A DNA stretch of 63,675 nucleotides, the filler included, from Octopus bimaculoides (Eukaryota): NCBI RefSeq assembly GCF_001194135.2. It is 5 parts of 5 records of this genome, joined end to end, with 100 filler letters (N's around TTAATTAATTAA, not from the genome) between each part and the next. Parts side by side here need not be neighbours in the genome. Positions count along the whole stretch, not along the records: positions 26,617 to 44,670 come from NC_068986.1; 4 more parts are not named here. The stretch is one strand, 5' to 3'. Shown in pieces: positions 28,198 through 40,864 of the stretch. The notes beneath the pieces are model-generated. The model searched no databases. It saw only the letters and a program-made list of their open reading frames with translations, and was not told the DNA's origin. The first letter of the stretch is position 1; the number at the start of each line of letters is the position of its first letter. Position numbers and translations under genes: made by a program.

Positions 28198-28712
28198 ACA
28201 CAATAAGATATAATAATATATTAAGATATCAAGATATATTAAATACATTGTGATATAGGTGGCTATAGCAATTAAAACCAAAAAGGTAAAATTAATAAAT
28301 GAGCGTGGAAAATAGCTCCTATAATTGCTAGAAATGAGAACCAAATTTTAACTCGAACAGCTACACAAAAACACTAAGCTCATGAAATATTCGGGACTGG
28401 GAGCAGCAACCCACAACATGTTTCTTTGGCGAGATAAACTCACAGAATGAAGTAGCTTGGTAAAACCTTATCACGTGATTTTGAAATTTGATCAACATGA
28501 TCTTGTTTCTCATCAGAGGTTTCTACACTTAATACTTTTCTGTGGATGTTCCAGTTAAATTTTGGCTCCCATTTCTAGCAACTGTAGGTGCTATTTTTCA
28601 CCCTCATTTATTGATTCTACCTTTTTGGTTTTAATTGCTATAGCTACTTATATCATAATGTATTTAATATAGCTTAATATCTTAATATATTATTATAATA
28701 TCATATTGTATG
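28198..28712. repeat. Foldback/MITE-like element with about 180-bp inverted arms
   Basis: 28198-28380 is the reverse complement of about 28520-28712 (e.g. ctatagcaattaaaaccaaaaaggt / acctttttggttttaattgctatag), roughly 85% identical by eye. Confidence 0.85.
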
Positions 28713-28769
28713 TTACTAAAAACTTCAACAGTTTTGAATTTTAGCGATTGCTTTTCAATGTTTTTTTTC

Positions 28770-29210
28770 TCTCATGAACGAATGGGAGGCAGGCTATCTC
28801 TTTTAACCCGGAGTAATTGAAGTTGTACCTTCGGCCTCCCATGTAAACTACTGAATTTATTTAGCCAGTACCCTTGAACTAAATCTGGTCCTGGGCCCTT
28901 CCAATTCGGCATTTTCCAACACTTTACTCATTTATGCACTAGTTAATCTTATATCTGGCTGCTTCTTACTCACTACTTCTTCCTCCACTTTCTTTAACCA
29001 TACTGAATCTCTATTGTGATTGACTGGTTTATCCTAAATATTACCCCAGAACTTTCTAGCTTCCTCTGCATTAGGTTTCTCATTCTCAGTACTTCGTTCT
29101 CCACTATTTACTATCCCACCTGTATAGATCCATAAGTTAGTGTCTTCTATATTTTTAGTATCTATCCTTCTGATAACAGAATCTACTTTCCTAATCATTT
29201 CTAATCTAAG
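28770..29210 (-). mobile_element. R4/Dong-clade RT N-terminal fragment
   Basis: FWGNI..KPVNHNRDSVWLKKVEEE...MPNWKGPGPDLVQGYWLNKFSSLH on the minus strand. Confidence 0.85.
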
Positions 29211-30169
29211 TGTCAATTGAGCACTGGGGTTGTTGTTGTAGCGTGACACAAGAAGCCATCGCCATTTTGTGCGAGATCTCGCCGGCAGCCGTTACCATGT
29301 CTGACACAAGAGCGAGATCTCGCCTACAACCATGTTTGCCATGCACGAGACCACAGCGAGGCTCTCGTGAGCAACATCTATTTAAGGAGGCGTATTAAGG
29401 TGATTCTCTCTCTTGCGTTCGCGCTCACGCTGAGCAACACTGCAAACTGGCAGCTCACAGTAGATTCTTGTCCTGTTCTAACTTCACCCATTATTTCCAG
29501 AGGTAATGTACCTCACGTGAACGGAACTATAACGAACCACGCGCTGCCATACAGATGGCCGCCGGGAGTGAACCCGATGAATGAGAACTAAATAAACAAC
29601 CATTGAATTGCATCCGTTTGTAAGCTTCTTTCTAGTTCCAGATCCTAAGACTACAGAAAATAATTGTAATGGGAGAAGGAGATACTCCGCAGGTATCATG
29701 AACCTTCGAGTCCCATTATATTGTAATCGAATTATACCTTCTCCAGAAATTTCTGGCCTTGTGCCAAAATTTGAAACCAATATGATTATTGAGAAGTGAA
29801 ACCCAAATCAAAATATCCTCGTAAACTCCTGGACATTACAGTCTTCGAGTCGTTGGACTCATAGGTTGGATTACCCGGTTTCCATGGCGTATAAGCGACT
29901 GAGATCACAATATTCCCGCCTCGTGAAGGGGACGCATGTCCATCGCATGGTATCCATTTACAGCTGCGTGGACTGGAGCAACGTGAAATGAAATGCCACA
30001 ACCGCGGCGTCGCTACGATTCCATCAAGGAATTGCGGGTCAAAGGGAAATTCAGAGGTTGACTCGACCGAAATGAAAAATATCATTCACCACTGTTAGAT
30101 AGATAGATAGAAAGACAGAAAAAAAAGATAGATAGATAGATAGATAGACAGATAGATGGAGCGCTAGCC

Positions 30170-30330
30170 ACTAAACCATTTTTATTTTCTCTCGCTGCTT
30201 ATTTCTGTGTTCCATTCTGTTGAAGAGCATAGGCTCGAAACGTAAATGACTTCTTCACGTCCTGAGCGTTAAACTAATACATCTGTTTGTTATTTACACA
30301 CCCGCCATCGTCTTTTTTTTGTATATTCCA
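30170..30330 (+). mobile_element. Penelope-like terminal repeat fragment with hammerhead-like motif (30213-30248)
   Basis: catt-CTGTTGA-A-gagc(atag)gctc-GAAAC-GTA-aatg; second copy inverted at about 36060-36230. Minimal hammerheads are an established feature of Penelope-like termini. Confidence 0.65.
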
Positions 30331-30977
30331 ACTAGATAGATAGATAGATAGATAGACATACATACATACATACATACATACATACATACATACATACATA
30401 CAAACAGACAGATAGATAGATAGTTCGCTTCGTGTACATACCCATCCACTATTTCAAATGCGTTCATTGTTCGCTCTCTTCTGACTTCCTCTTTATTTTA
30501 TCTAGTATTTCCCTCCCTACGTTTCTGTCTCTCTCTCCCCCTCTCTCTCTCTCTCCCCCTATCTCCCTCCCCCTCTCTCCCTCCCCCTCTCTCTCCTTAT
30601 CTATCAGTCACTATGCATGTATGTTTGTATGAATATACATGTTGATAATGTCTAGGATTAAACGTTTCTAATCGAACCTTCCTTCGGGCTGATGTTTCTT
30701 CATTCGTTAAAAACCCACGTCACGTTCAGACGACCAATCAATTGAACGATAACCGATTGAACTCGTCTTCACTCGTCTTCACTCACGAAGCATAAAGAAG
30801 CATATACAACCTTTTTCTATCTCCTTACCCATTTATTTCTCTCTGTTTATTACAAAACTTTCGAACCGTGTGAAATTATTGAGTGAGAAAGTTCCGATGT
30901 TGTTTCGGTTGGAAAACTAAGCAAAAATTAAATAAAAAATATGTAAGAGAGAGAGAGAGCGAGCGAGAGAGAGAGAG

Positions 30978-31052
<75 letters not shown>

Positions 31053-31621
31053 AGGGAATCTTTCATCTTTGGAACTGAAGGAAAATACTCGACAACAAAC
31101 GAAACTCAATTTCTTAATTGAGTTCTTACAACATGCTTCAATAATTTCAGCAATACACAGTTAGAACTTATATTTGATAATCTCCACATCTATCGGCACT
31201 CCATTCAAATCTTCATTATTTTGCTATTTCACTGACGTCACTGAGCGGCAGTGCTTGGCCGAATCAGTAGAGCGTCGAATGAAAGTACTGTTTACAGTGC
31301 TTGCTTATGTCCCTTGATTCTCCATGTTCAATCCATTTCTACGTCAGATTTACCTCCGTTTCTTTGCCCTTTTTTTTTTCTTTTTGTACTTTTAGCTTTC
31401 GGGATATCGATACCTAAGTACTAACCAGATACTAAGGTCAATTTAATCCATCACTCGCATCCATAAAATAAGAAACCTCGTATCAATATTGGAAGTCGAT
31501 ATGTAGCGGAATGATATAACACACACACACACAGATAGATAGACAGACAGACAGTGAGATAGATAAATAGATAGATAGATTAATGGATAGATAGATTGAT
31601 TGATGGATGGATAGATAGATA

Positions 31622-31885
31622 ACTTTCTTTTTTGGACACACAGGGCTGAACGCAGAGGGGACAGATACAAACGTAGAGCTTTTCTTTTCGAAAATGAATA
31701 AAAGGGGAAAAAATAAGAAAAAAAGTAAAATTCTGATCAAAAGGGATCAAGAAAAAAAAACGATCAAAAGGTATCGTGTATCACAGAAGTGTTTTCAAAA
31801 TGTAAAAAGTAAAATTAGGTTTATCCGTGAAAAGAAAAACCTACGGAAAAGACCACGGTAACCTCAGGCAGGGAGGGAATAAACA
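31622..31885 (-). mobile_element. LINE 3'-end fragment (Tx1/L1-like) inside (GATA)n
   Basis: Homologous to 14182-14450 (acacagggct, gtagagcttttcttt, atcaaaagggatc); (GATA)n on both sides. Confidence 0.6.
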
Positions 31886-32076
31886 CATATAGATAGATCG
31901 ATAGATAGATAGATGCGACGGACCTCTTTTAATTTCTATCTACCAAATCCACTCACAAGGTTTTAACCGGCCTGAGGCTATAGTACAAGACACTTGCCCA
32001 AGAAAGCGTGCTCTGAGACTGAACCCGGAACCTTGTGACTGGAAAGTAAATTCTTATCACAAAGCCACGCCTGCAC

Positions 32077-32154
<78 letters not shown>

Positions 32155-32168
32155 AAGTATGTGTGTGT

Positions 32169-33098
32169 GTGTGTCTTTGTGTCTGTGTTTGTCTCCCTAC
32201 ACTCCTTGACAACACAGTTTAGCAGTTCAGCAGCATATCTCCCCCGGAGACGACGCTAATGTATCACAGGTAATATTCCCCAACGATTTGAAATCTATTT
32301 CCAATCAAAGCTGATACAAGACCAATGAAGGCAAAAGTAAAGTGGAGTCTTTTGTCAGCAAACAGAATATTTTCACTTAATGTGTTTATGAATATAATTT
32401 AACACATTTTTTGACTACTATTTCCGACCATGCTGAAACGCCCAATTTGGCTCTCTAAAGCTTTAATCTGTGTGTCTAAAGACAGCGGAAACGTTTCCTA
32501 CTGGATCTGATCGTGAGGAACAAAAACGACCTCCATACCGTTTGAAGGCAATATTTTTGTATTTTAACGCTAAGGGAATTAACTCCAAATGAGTCATTGT
32601 GACAGCGTTGATAGTCTCAACGCTACCATGGCAACCAACTTTATTTGTTCTTTAAGTATAACCATGAAAGATGAGTCAACGAAGAGAATTTACAAGTAGA
32701 AAACCTTCTGCTGTTCTCTGAAGACTTCCTGCGGTTCAGCTTCTTTGAGAGTTTCTTACCACAGATGCTGCAAAGCTAGTTTTTGAAACATCTGCAGTCT
32801 ATTTTCTGAAGATTTTATTGAGTTAATTTAGAGAAGAAATTACCGTTATTAGAAAATTCTATAAATCGTTTTTTTTTATGTGAGGCTTCCTAGGGTCTGT
32901 TATATGGATCTAATCTAATGTTAAAACGCATTTATTGATCTCTTTTAATTTGCTTCTTTAAGGTTGCCAAGGAGGATAATTGGTTAATGCTGCCAATAAT
33001 ATAAAGCTGCTTTATTTAGTTTCGTAAAAGAACCAAGTCAAACTAAATTTTGTTTCAGGATCCATGGAGCAGGTTTGAAGCTTATATATAATTAGAGA

Positions 33099-33154
<56 letters not shown>

Positions 33155-33175
33155 ATCCATATCTTTCTCTCTCTT

Positions 33176-33214
<39 letters not shown>

Positions 33215-33480
33215 GATTATCTTTCTGTTTCCTCATCTCTCTCTCTCTCTATGAATATATATATATATTCTCAGTTTGCTGACAAAAGACTCCGCTTTAC
33301 TTTTGCCTTCGTTGGTCTTGTTGTATTAGCTTTAATTGGAAATAGATTTCAAATCGTCGGGGAGTATTACCTGTAATACATTAGCGTCGACTCCATTGGA
33401 GATATGCTGCTGAACTGTTAAACTCTGTGAAGTCTGTCGTCAAGCAGTGTGGGGGGACAAACACAGACACAAAGACACAC
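32169..33480. repeat. Pair of about 200-bp inverted repeats enclosing about 900 bp
   Basis: 32169-32370 is the reverse complement of 33265-33480 (cagttcagcagcatatctcc, gatttgaaatctatttccaat, ggagtcttttgtcagcaaac), roughly 85% identical by eye. Confidence 0.88.
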
Positions 33481-33505
33481 ACACTCACACACATACACAC
33501 GCACG

Positions 33506-33555
<50 letters not shown>

Positions 33556-33560
33556 TTCTT

Positions 33561-33609
<49 letters not shown>

Positions 33610-33611
33610 TT

Positions 33612-34320
33612 AATGAAGGAATAATACCAGATTGGATTACTAGAGGGAGGTCACTACTCATTATGAAGGACAAGAGCAAAGGTAATACAGCTAGCAACTA
33701 TAGACCAATCACTTGCTTATCATTAGTGTGGAAGCTGTTAGTAGGAATGCTTTGAGAAAGCATTTAAAAGCACCTTGGCAGAAAGAAAGCCAGAGGAATG
33801 CATAATCTATAATATAGTGACAAAGCAGTTCTAAATGAAGTAAAAGCTAGAAAGAAGGCTCTAACAATAGCATGGATAGATTATAGGAAAGCCTATGACA
33901 TGATCCTACACTCATGGATAAGTGAATGTTTGAGTATGTTCAGTATAACAGACAACATAAGAGAATTAGATTTAGCATGAAGAAATGGAAAATCGATCTC
34001 TACTCAGCTAACACATTCTTAAGGAAAGTTAATGTCAAAAGAGGAATTTTCCAAGGGGACGCATTGTCCTCTTTCATATTTGTTCTACGTTTGACCACCC
34101 CTCAGTTTAGTATTAAGGAAGGCAAAGGCAGGATATCAGTTCAGAAATAGTAAGGGAAAAATTTACCATTTGCTCTACATGGAATGAAAAAGAGATAGAT
34201 TCCTTAATACAGACTGTAAGACTTTTCAGCAAAGATATAAGCAGAGAATTTGGCATAGATAAGTATGCAATATTAGTCATGAGAAGGGGACAGGTAGTTA
34301 ACAGCGAAGGCATCCGACAT
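33612..34320 (+). mobile_element. R4/Dong-clade reverse transcriptase fragment, decayed
   Basis: IPDWITRGRSLLIMKDKSKGNTASNYRPITCL, AWIDYRKAYDMILHSW, RGIFQGDALS, REFGIDK; the YMDD region is deleted. Confidence 0.92.
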
Positions 34321-34372
34321 TAGGATTCTTTTCTTTTCCAACAGTCTAATCTGTTGAGTGTATATGAACAAT

Positions 34373-34414
<42 letters not shown>

Positions 34415-36059
34415 AATAATAATAATATGGTTTCAATTTTTGATAGAAGAGTAGCACGTTCGGGGGAGGGGTTAGTCGATTACATCGACCCCGGTATTCG
34501 AGTGGTAACTTATTTTATGCATCCTGAAAAGATGAAAGGCGGAATTTAATCTCAGACCGTAAAGTCGCACGAAAGGCCGCTAAGCATATTGTCCTGCGCG
34601 CTACCGATTCTGCCAGCTTGCCGCCATTATGATATTAACCGGCAAAGTGACACAACTCACAGTGGAGGTCCAAATATGGTCACCTTAGACACCTTAATTA
34701 CTTAAGTTGTAATTTCAGGTTTTCTTCATTAGACACTTTATCTTTCTAGTTTGTTCGTCAAATAATCAGCTAATTAGTAGATCAGTTGGTTAATTAGTCA
34801 GGTTATGTCATCAGTTGTTTAGCTATTCTCTCTATAAAATATCGCTAATTAGTTAATTGATTTGGACACTATGTTAGTTTGGTCAGTCTGTCAATCAGTC
34901 GATCAGGTGGTCATCAGTTGGTCAAGGTGATCGGTTTGTAAGATGTTTAAGCCGTCAGTTTGACAATCGGTCATTCTAGTTAATTAGTCCGGTAATTAGT
35001 CTGTTAGTCACTCTGGGTAAATCGGTCAGAGTAATACGACGGCCAAAGAGAACTCATCATCATCATCATCATCGTCATCATCATCACCTCCATCGCCATC
35101 ACTTCCGTCACCATAATTGTTATTCTCCTCCTCCTCATCGTAGATGTCGCAGTCGCCATCAACATCATCACCTCAACAATCATTACCGTCATTATCATGA
35201 CCACCACCACCACCACCACCNNNNNNNNNNNNNNNNNNNNNNNNNNNNNNNNNNNNNNNNNNNNNNNNNNNNNNNNNNNNNNNNNNNNNNNNNNNNNNNN
35301 NNNNNNNNNNNNNNNNNNNNNNNNNNNNNNNNNNNNNNNNNNNNNNNNNNNNNNNNNNNNNNNNNNNNNNNNNNNNNNNNNNNNNNNNNNNNNNNNNNNN
35401 NNNNNNNNNNNNNNNNNNNNNNNNNNNNNNNNNNNNNNNNNNNNNNNNNNNNNNNNNNNNNNNNNNNNNNNNNNNNNNNNNNNNNNNNNNNNNNNNNNNN
35501 NNNNNNNNNNNNNNNNNNNNNNNNNNNNNNNNNNNNNNNNNNNNNNNNNNNNNNNNNNNNNNNNNNNNNNNNNNNNNNNNNNNNNNNNNNNNNNNNNNNN
35601 NNNNNNNNNNNNNNNNNNNNNNNNNNNNNNNNNNNNNNNNNNNNNNNNNNNNNNNNNNNNNNNNNNNNNNNNNNNNNNNNNNNNNNNNNNNNNNNNNNNN
35701 NNNNNNNNNNNNNNNNNNNNNNNNNNNNNNNNNNNNNNNNNNNNNNNNNNNNNNNNNNNNNNNNNNNNNNNNNNNNNNNNNNNNNNNNNNNNNNNNNNNN
35801 NNNNNNNNNNNNNNNNNNNNNNNNNNNNNNNNNNNNNNNNNNNNNNNNNNNNNNNNNNNNNNNNNNNNNNNNNNNNNNNNNNNNNNNNNNNNNNNNNNNN
35901 NNNNNNNNNNNNNNNNNNNNNNNNNNNNNNNNNNNNNNNNNNNNNNNNNNNNNNNNNNNNNNNNNNNNNNNNNNNNNNNNNNNNNNNNNNNNNNNNNNNN
36001 NNNNNNNNNNNNNNNNNNNACACACACACACACACACACACACACAGGGAGAGAATTCA

Positions 36060-36230
36060 CAAAAAAAACAAAAGACGAAGACAGGTGGTGTAGACAACAA
36101 ACAGATGTATTAGTATAACGCTTGGGAAGTGAAAAAGTCGTTAACGTTTCGAGCCTACGCTCTTCCACAGAAAAGAACACAGAAAGAAACAAGGAGAGAA
36201 AAAAAATGTATAGTGGCTAGCGATCTATCA
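36060..36230 (-). mobile_element. Penelope-like terminal repeat fragment with hammerhead-like motif (36139-36174)
   Basis: Minus strand tttt-CTGTGGA-A-gagc(gtag)gctc-GAAAC-GTT-aacg; same family as 30170-30330. Confidence 0.65.
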
Positions 36231-37684
36231 TGGCAAATACGATAAGGTTGCACACAATTTCCCAAATTCACTCACAAAACGTTGGTCAATACGTGTTATG
36301 ATAGTAGAAACAATCCGGTGTAGAGGGATTGAAATCGAAATCTCATGATTGCAAAGCGTAACTGAACTACGAAGTCGATATGTTCGACTACATTCTCCAC
36401 AGTAAAGTCCCAGCATGGCCGCAATCCAGCGAGTGAAACAAGTAAAACAAGTAAAAATAAAATAAAATAAGAAAACAATAACAACCACACACATAAATAA
36501 CAAACCGAGGAAGAAAATAGCTCACAAGTTTATTATAGTGAAAACGAGGCTAAAATAGAATATAGGTCCCCCCTCTAGTCTCCTGCAAAAAAACGAGTGA
36601 AAAAAAGCACAAAGTATAAGAAACAACAAAATAAGTCTTTTTTTTTGCCCAATATTCTCTCTAACCGGAGAACCAAATAAATAATACCCTATTTATAAAC
36701 AAGCTAACTCCAGTTATTTCGTGTCTCTATCATCATTCATACACCAGCAGACGATTAATTAATGTATTTTTACTTTAGAGTTTATTATTATTTTTATCTT
36801 TTCATTTGATATCCAATATAAATAATATTGACTTGACTTGCAAAGGAGAGGTTGCCGGGAAGAAGGGGAAAAATGTAATGATTCAGAGATCGTTATTTCG
36901 ATCATAAGCGGCCCTTTTGAATCCAGCTTGACAAATGAAGTTTGTGAGTGTTTGTGTGCATGTTTGAGAATATCAGTGTGTGTATGTGTGTGCGTGTCTG
37001 TGTGTGTATGTGTGTGTTTGAGCATCAGTCGATTTATATAACTCTAAGAAGAAAATATTGGATATATGATAGATTCAGGAACTGGCTTCAAAGGCGTCAA
37101 GGATGTTGTAAAGAATATGATGTTCTATTGAATGANNNNNNNNNNNNNNNNNNNNNNNNNNNNNNNNNNNNNNNNNNNNNNNNNNNNNNNNNNNNNNNNN
37201 NNNNNNNNNNNNNNNNNNNNNNNNNNNNNNNNNNNNNNNNNNNNNNNNNNNNNNNNNNNNNNNNNNNNNNNNNNNNNNNNNNNNNNNNNNNNNNNNNNNN
37301 NNNNNNNNNNNNNNNNNNNNNNNNNNNNNNNNNNNNNNNNNNNNNNNNNNNNNNNNNNNNNNNNNNNNNNNNNNNNNNNNNNNNNNNNNNNNNNNNNNNN
37401 NNNNNNNNNNNNNNNNNNNNNNNNNNNNNNNNNNNNNNNNNNNNNNNNNNNNNNNNNNNNNNNNNNNNNNNNNNNNNNNNNNNNNNNNNNNNNNNNNNNN
37501 NNNNNNNNNNNNNNNNNNNNNNNNNNNNNNNNNNNNNNNNNNNNNNNNNNNNNNNNNNNNNNNNNNNNNNNNNNNNNNNNNNNNNNNNNNNNNNNNNNNN
37601 NNNNNNNNNNNNNNNNNNNNNNNNNNNNNNNNNNNNNNNNNNNNNNNNNNNNNNNNNNNNNNNNNNNNNNNNNNNNNNNNNNNN

Positions 37685-37748
<64 letters not shown>

Positions 37749-38699
37749 CATATATATATATATATACATGCATACGTACATTCACACACACATATACATA
37801 CATACACATGCACCAACATATATCTATGTATACATACATATATGTACATACATGCACAAGCACACGCGCACATATTCAAACACAGACTTAAATATACATA
37901 TCCAAACAAAGGGCGACAGACGTATACAAACAGGCAGACAGACAAAAACAAGACAAAACAAATAAAAAAAATAATAAATAAACAAACGAAAAACAGACGG
38001 ACAGGCATACATACAGACAGACAGACATGCAAACAGACAAGCATTTAGAAAAGAGAGAGCCGTAAAGCTAGCAAGATGGTTTCTTTGTCTCTGTCTCTCT
38101 GAAATACAAAAACTATTTGAATTTCATCAACAAAAGTTGTTAATATAATGTATGGCTCTCGTAATATAAATCGTATTTTCACACCAATTCATCAAAACAC
38201 ACTTCCTGTTTTCGAAATATTCTGTTTTTTTTTTATATTTTCTTTTTTCTTTTACTAATGTCATTCTCGAATTTTCTTCTTCTTTTTTTGGTAATTTCAA
38301 ATTTCAAATGCTTCTTCAGTTGGTATCCGTTTTTTTTTCGTCTCCAATTTTTATTTTAAAATTTACTTAAACCATTATTATTTTATATTTAATCACTTAT
38401 TATTTATTTATTTTTTTATCATTCTTCGACCTTTCATTATTTATTTAGCTGACTCTATTGATCTATAGCATTAATGAATATATCGTGTTTGCTTGCCTTT
38501 TTTTTCTGTCTTTTGTCTGTTTTTTTTTTATTTTTGCTTGTTTGTTTTTGTTGTGTGATGCAACAACAAAAGCCATCTTTGTCTACTCAACAACATTAAG
38601 TTGCTAAAATTGTAGCTGGAGTACTAAATATGTTCTCGGCAATGGTACACTAAATTCGAGATGGGGGTTCGTGCCTGATCCTTCTATTTTCTCATGTTC

Positions 38700-39155
38700 G
38701 TTTCAAATTTTGGCACAAGGCCAGTAATTTTGGGAGGTGGGTAAGTCGATGACATCAACCTCAGTGTTCAACTGGTACTTATTTCATGGACCTCGTAAGG
38801 ATAAAAAGCAAAGTTGACCTCGGCGAAATTTGAACACAGACCGTAATACTGCTACGCATTTCGTCCGGAGGGGTAACGATTCTGCCAACTCACCGCATTA
38901 CAATTAAAAAAAAAATTGATAATGCTAATACTAATAATAATGGTTACAGATTTTGGCACACGGCCAGTCATTTCGGGGGAAGAGATAAGTCGATTACATC
39001 AACCTCAGTGTTCAGCTGGTACTTAATTTATCGCCCCCGAAAGGATGAAAGGCAAAGTCGACCTCGGTGGAGTTTGAACTCAGAACGTAAAAACGGACGA
39101 AACGCCACTAAAGATTTCCCCCGGCGTGCTAACGATTCTGTCAGCTCACCACCTT
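38700..39155 (-). mobile_element. Two tandem copies of tRNA-SINE family B
   Basis: Both are reverse complements of the 42427-42640 copy (aaggatgaaaggcaaagtcgacctcgg, aactggtacttaattta, aacgattctg.ca.ctc.cc.c). Other copies at about 16215-16325, 24430-24570 and 34430-34630. Confidence 0.85.
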
Positions 39156-39357
39156 ATTGAAGAATATTAACCATTATTATCAGTTGGAACCATGAGAGGA
39201 ACAATTTACTACTGAGTCCAGGCTGACTGGCTTTTATCACAAAATAAGAGATATTAAACTATAAGAGATTTTATCTCGGGCGAAAACTGCAGCGTCTTTT
39301 CTGTCAAAGGTGTATATACATCACGATCATAGTATTTTAATTTAATGCTGCTTCAGT

Positions 39358-39741
39358 TATCTTTTATCTTTTACTTTAGTCATTAGACTGCGGCCATGCT
39401 GGGGCACCGCCTTGAAAATCTTTTAGTCGAATGAATCGAACTCAGTACTTTTTTTAAAGCTTGATATTTTTTCATTTGGTTGCTTATGCCGAACTGCTAA
39501 GTTACTAGAGTATAAACACACCAACACCGGTTGTCAAGCGGTGTGTGTGTGGGAAAACATAGACACACACACACATACATATACGGTGGGCTTCTTTCAG
39601 TTTTTGTCTACCAAATCCACTCACAAGGCTTTGGTCGATCCTAGGCTATTGTAGAAGACACTCGCCCAATGTGACAGGTAGTGGTATTGAACCCGGAACC
39701 ATGTGGTTGGGAAACAAACTTCTTACCGCACAGCCACACCT
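39358..39741 (-). mobile_element. Full-length tRNA-derived SINE family A
   Basis: Minus-strand head TGGCTGTGCGG (A-box-like) and GGTTCAATACC (B-box-like), body gtggatttggtagac, internal (TG)n. Partial copies at about 27370-27500 (+), 31930-32078 (-) and 50955-51065 (-). Confidence 0.88.
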
Positions 39742-40403
39742 AAGCTAATAATTGTATACAAGGGATTATTTATTCGGCCCGGCGGTCACTCGCAATATCA
39801 GTAAATGTTTTATTTTATTGTCTGCTTCCTTTATTGAAGGTGACAGATTTCGCCCTGACACGTGACCGACTGCATGTACTCATCACTGGTAAGGTACAAA
39901 ATGTCCGAAATCCATCTGGCGTTGCTGGAGCAATTTTTTCGTCTCCTTGCAATAGATATTATGCTATTAACACAGCACGACTATGAAAAGATTTTGTCAA
40001 GGACAAAAAACCACAACACCTTGCCTGTCAACGGTTTATCTACGTTAAGTATGATACGTAAATAGCTATTTGAATTCAATGCTACTTTAATTGCGTATAC
40101 AGAATTTATATTTAGTCGAGAGCCTATCCGCTTGATCAGTGAATGTTTTATTAACTGTTCCCTGTACCGGTGGTGACGAATTTTCGTTGAGGCGTGCGAC
40201 TAGCCGTGAATATATTTCATTGAAAAGGCTCCAAAAGGCCGAAAAGCTTCTGGAATTCTCGCTGTTTGTTGTCGGGACGATTTTTCATCTCCTCACGGTA
40301 TATGTCTTTTTTTAGCATAGCATGTCTAAAAGAGATTTCATCTCCGACGAAAACTACAGTATCCTGCTTGTGATTGGTGTATGTATATTAAGTATGGTAC
40401 ATA

Positions 40404-40729
40404 TGTGGAGGCGCAATGGCCCAGTGGTTAGGGCAGCGGACATGCAGTCGTAGGATCGATTCTCAGACCGGGGTTGTGATTGTTTATTGAGCGAAAACAC
40501 CTAAAGTTTCACGAGGCTCCGGCAGCTTTCTCTCACTCTTTCTTCCTGTTTTTGTTGTACCTGTATTTCAAAGGGCCAGCTTTGTCACGCTGAATCTCCC
40601 TGAGAGCTACGTCAAGAGTACACGTGTCTGTGGAGTGCTCAGCCACTTGCACGTTAATTTCACGAGCAGGCTGTTCCGTTGACTGGATCAACTGGAATCC
40701 TCGTCGTCGCAACTGACGGAGTGCCACGA
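40404..40729 (+). mobile_element. tRNA-derived SINE family D with 10-bp target-site duplication
   Basis: A-box TGGCCCAGTGG; ATGGTACATA at 40394-40403 and at 40730-40739. Confidence 0.9.
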
Positions 40730-40864
40730 ATGGTACATACCGTATTTGACGGCATAAAAGAAACACGGGCATTTTAGGTTCACCCCAATTTCAAAAGCAC
40801 ATATTCATGGTAAAGAATGATTTTAGTGCATCAAAACATATAATATAAAAACTAACCCTCCATC

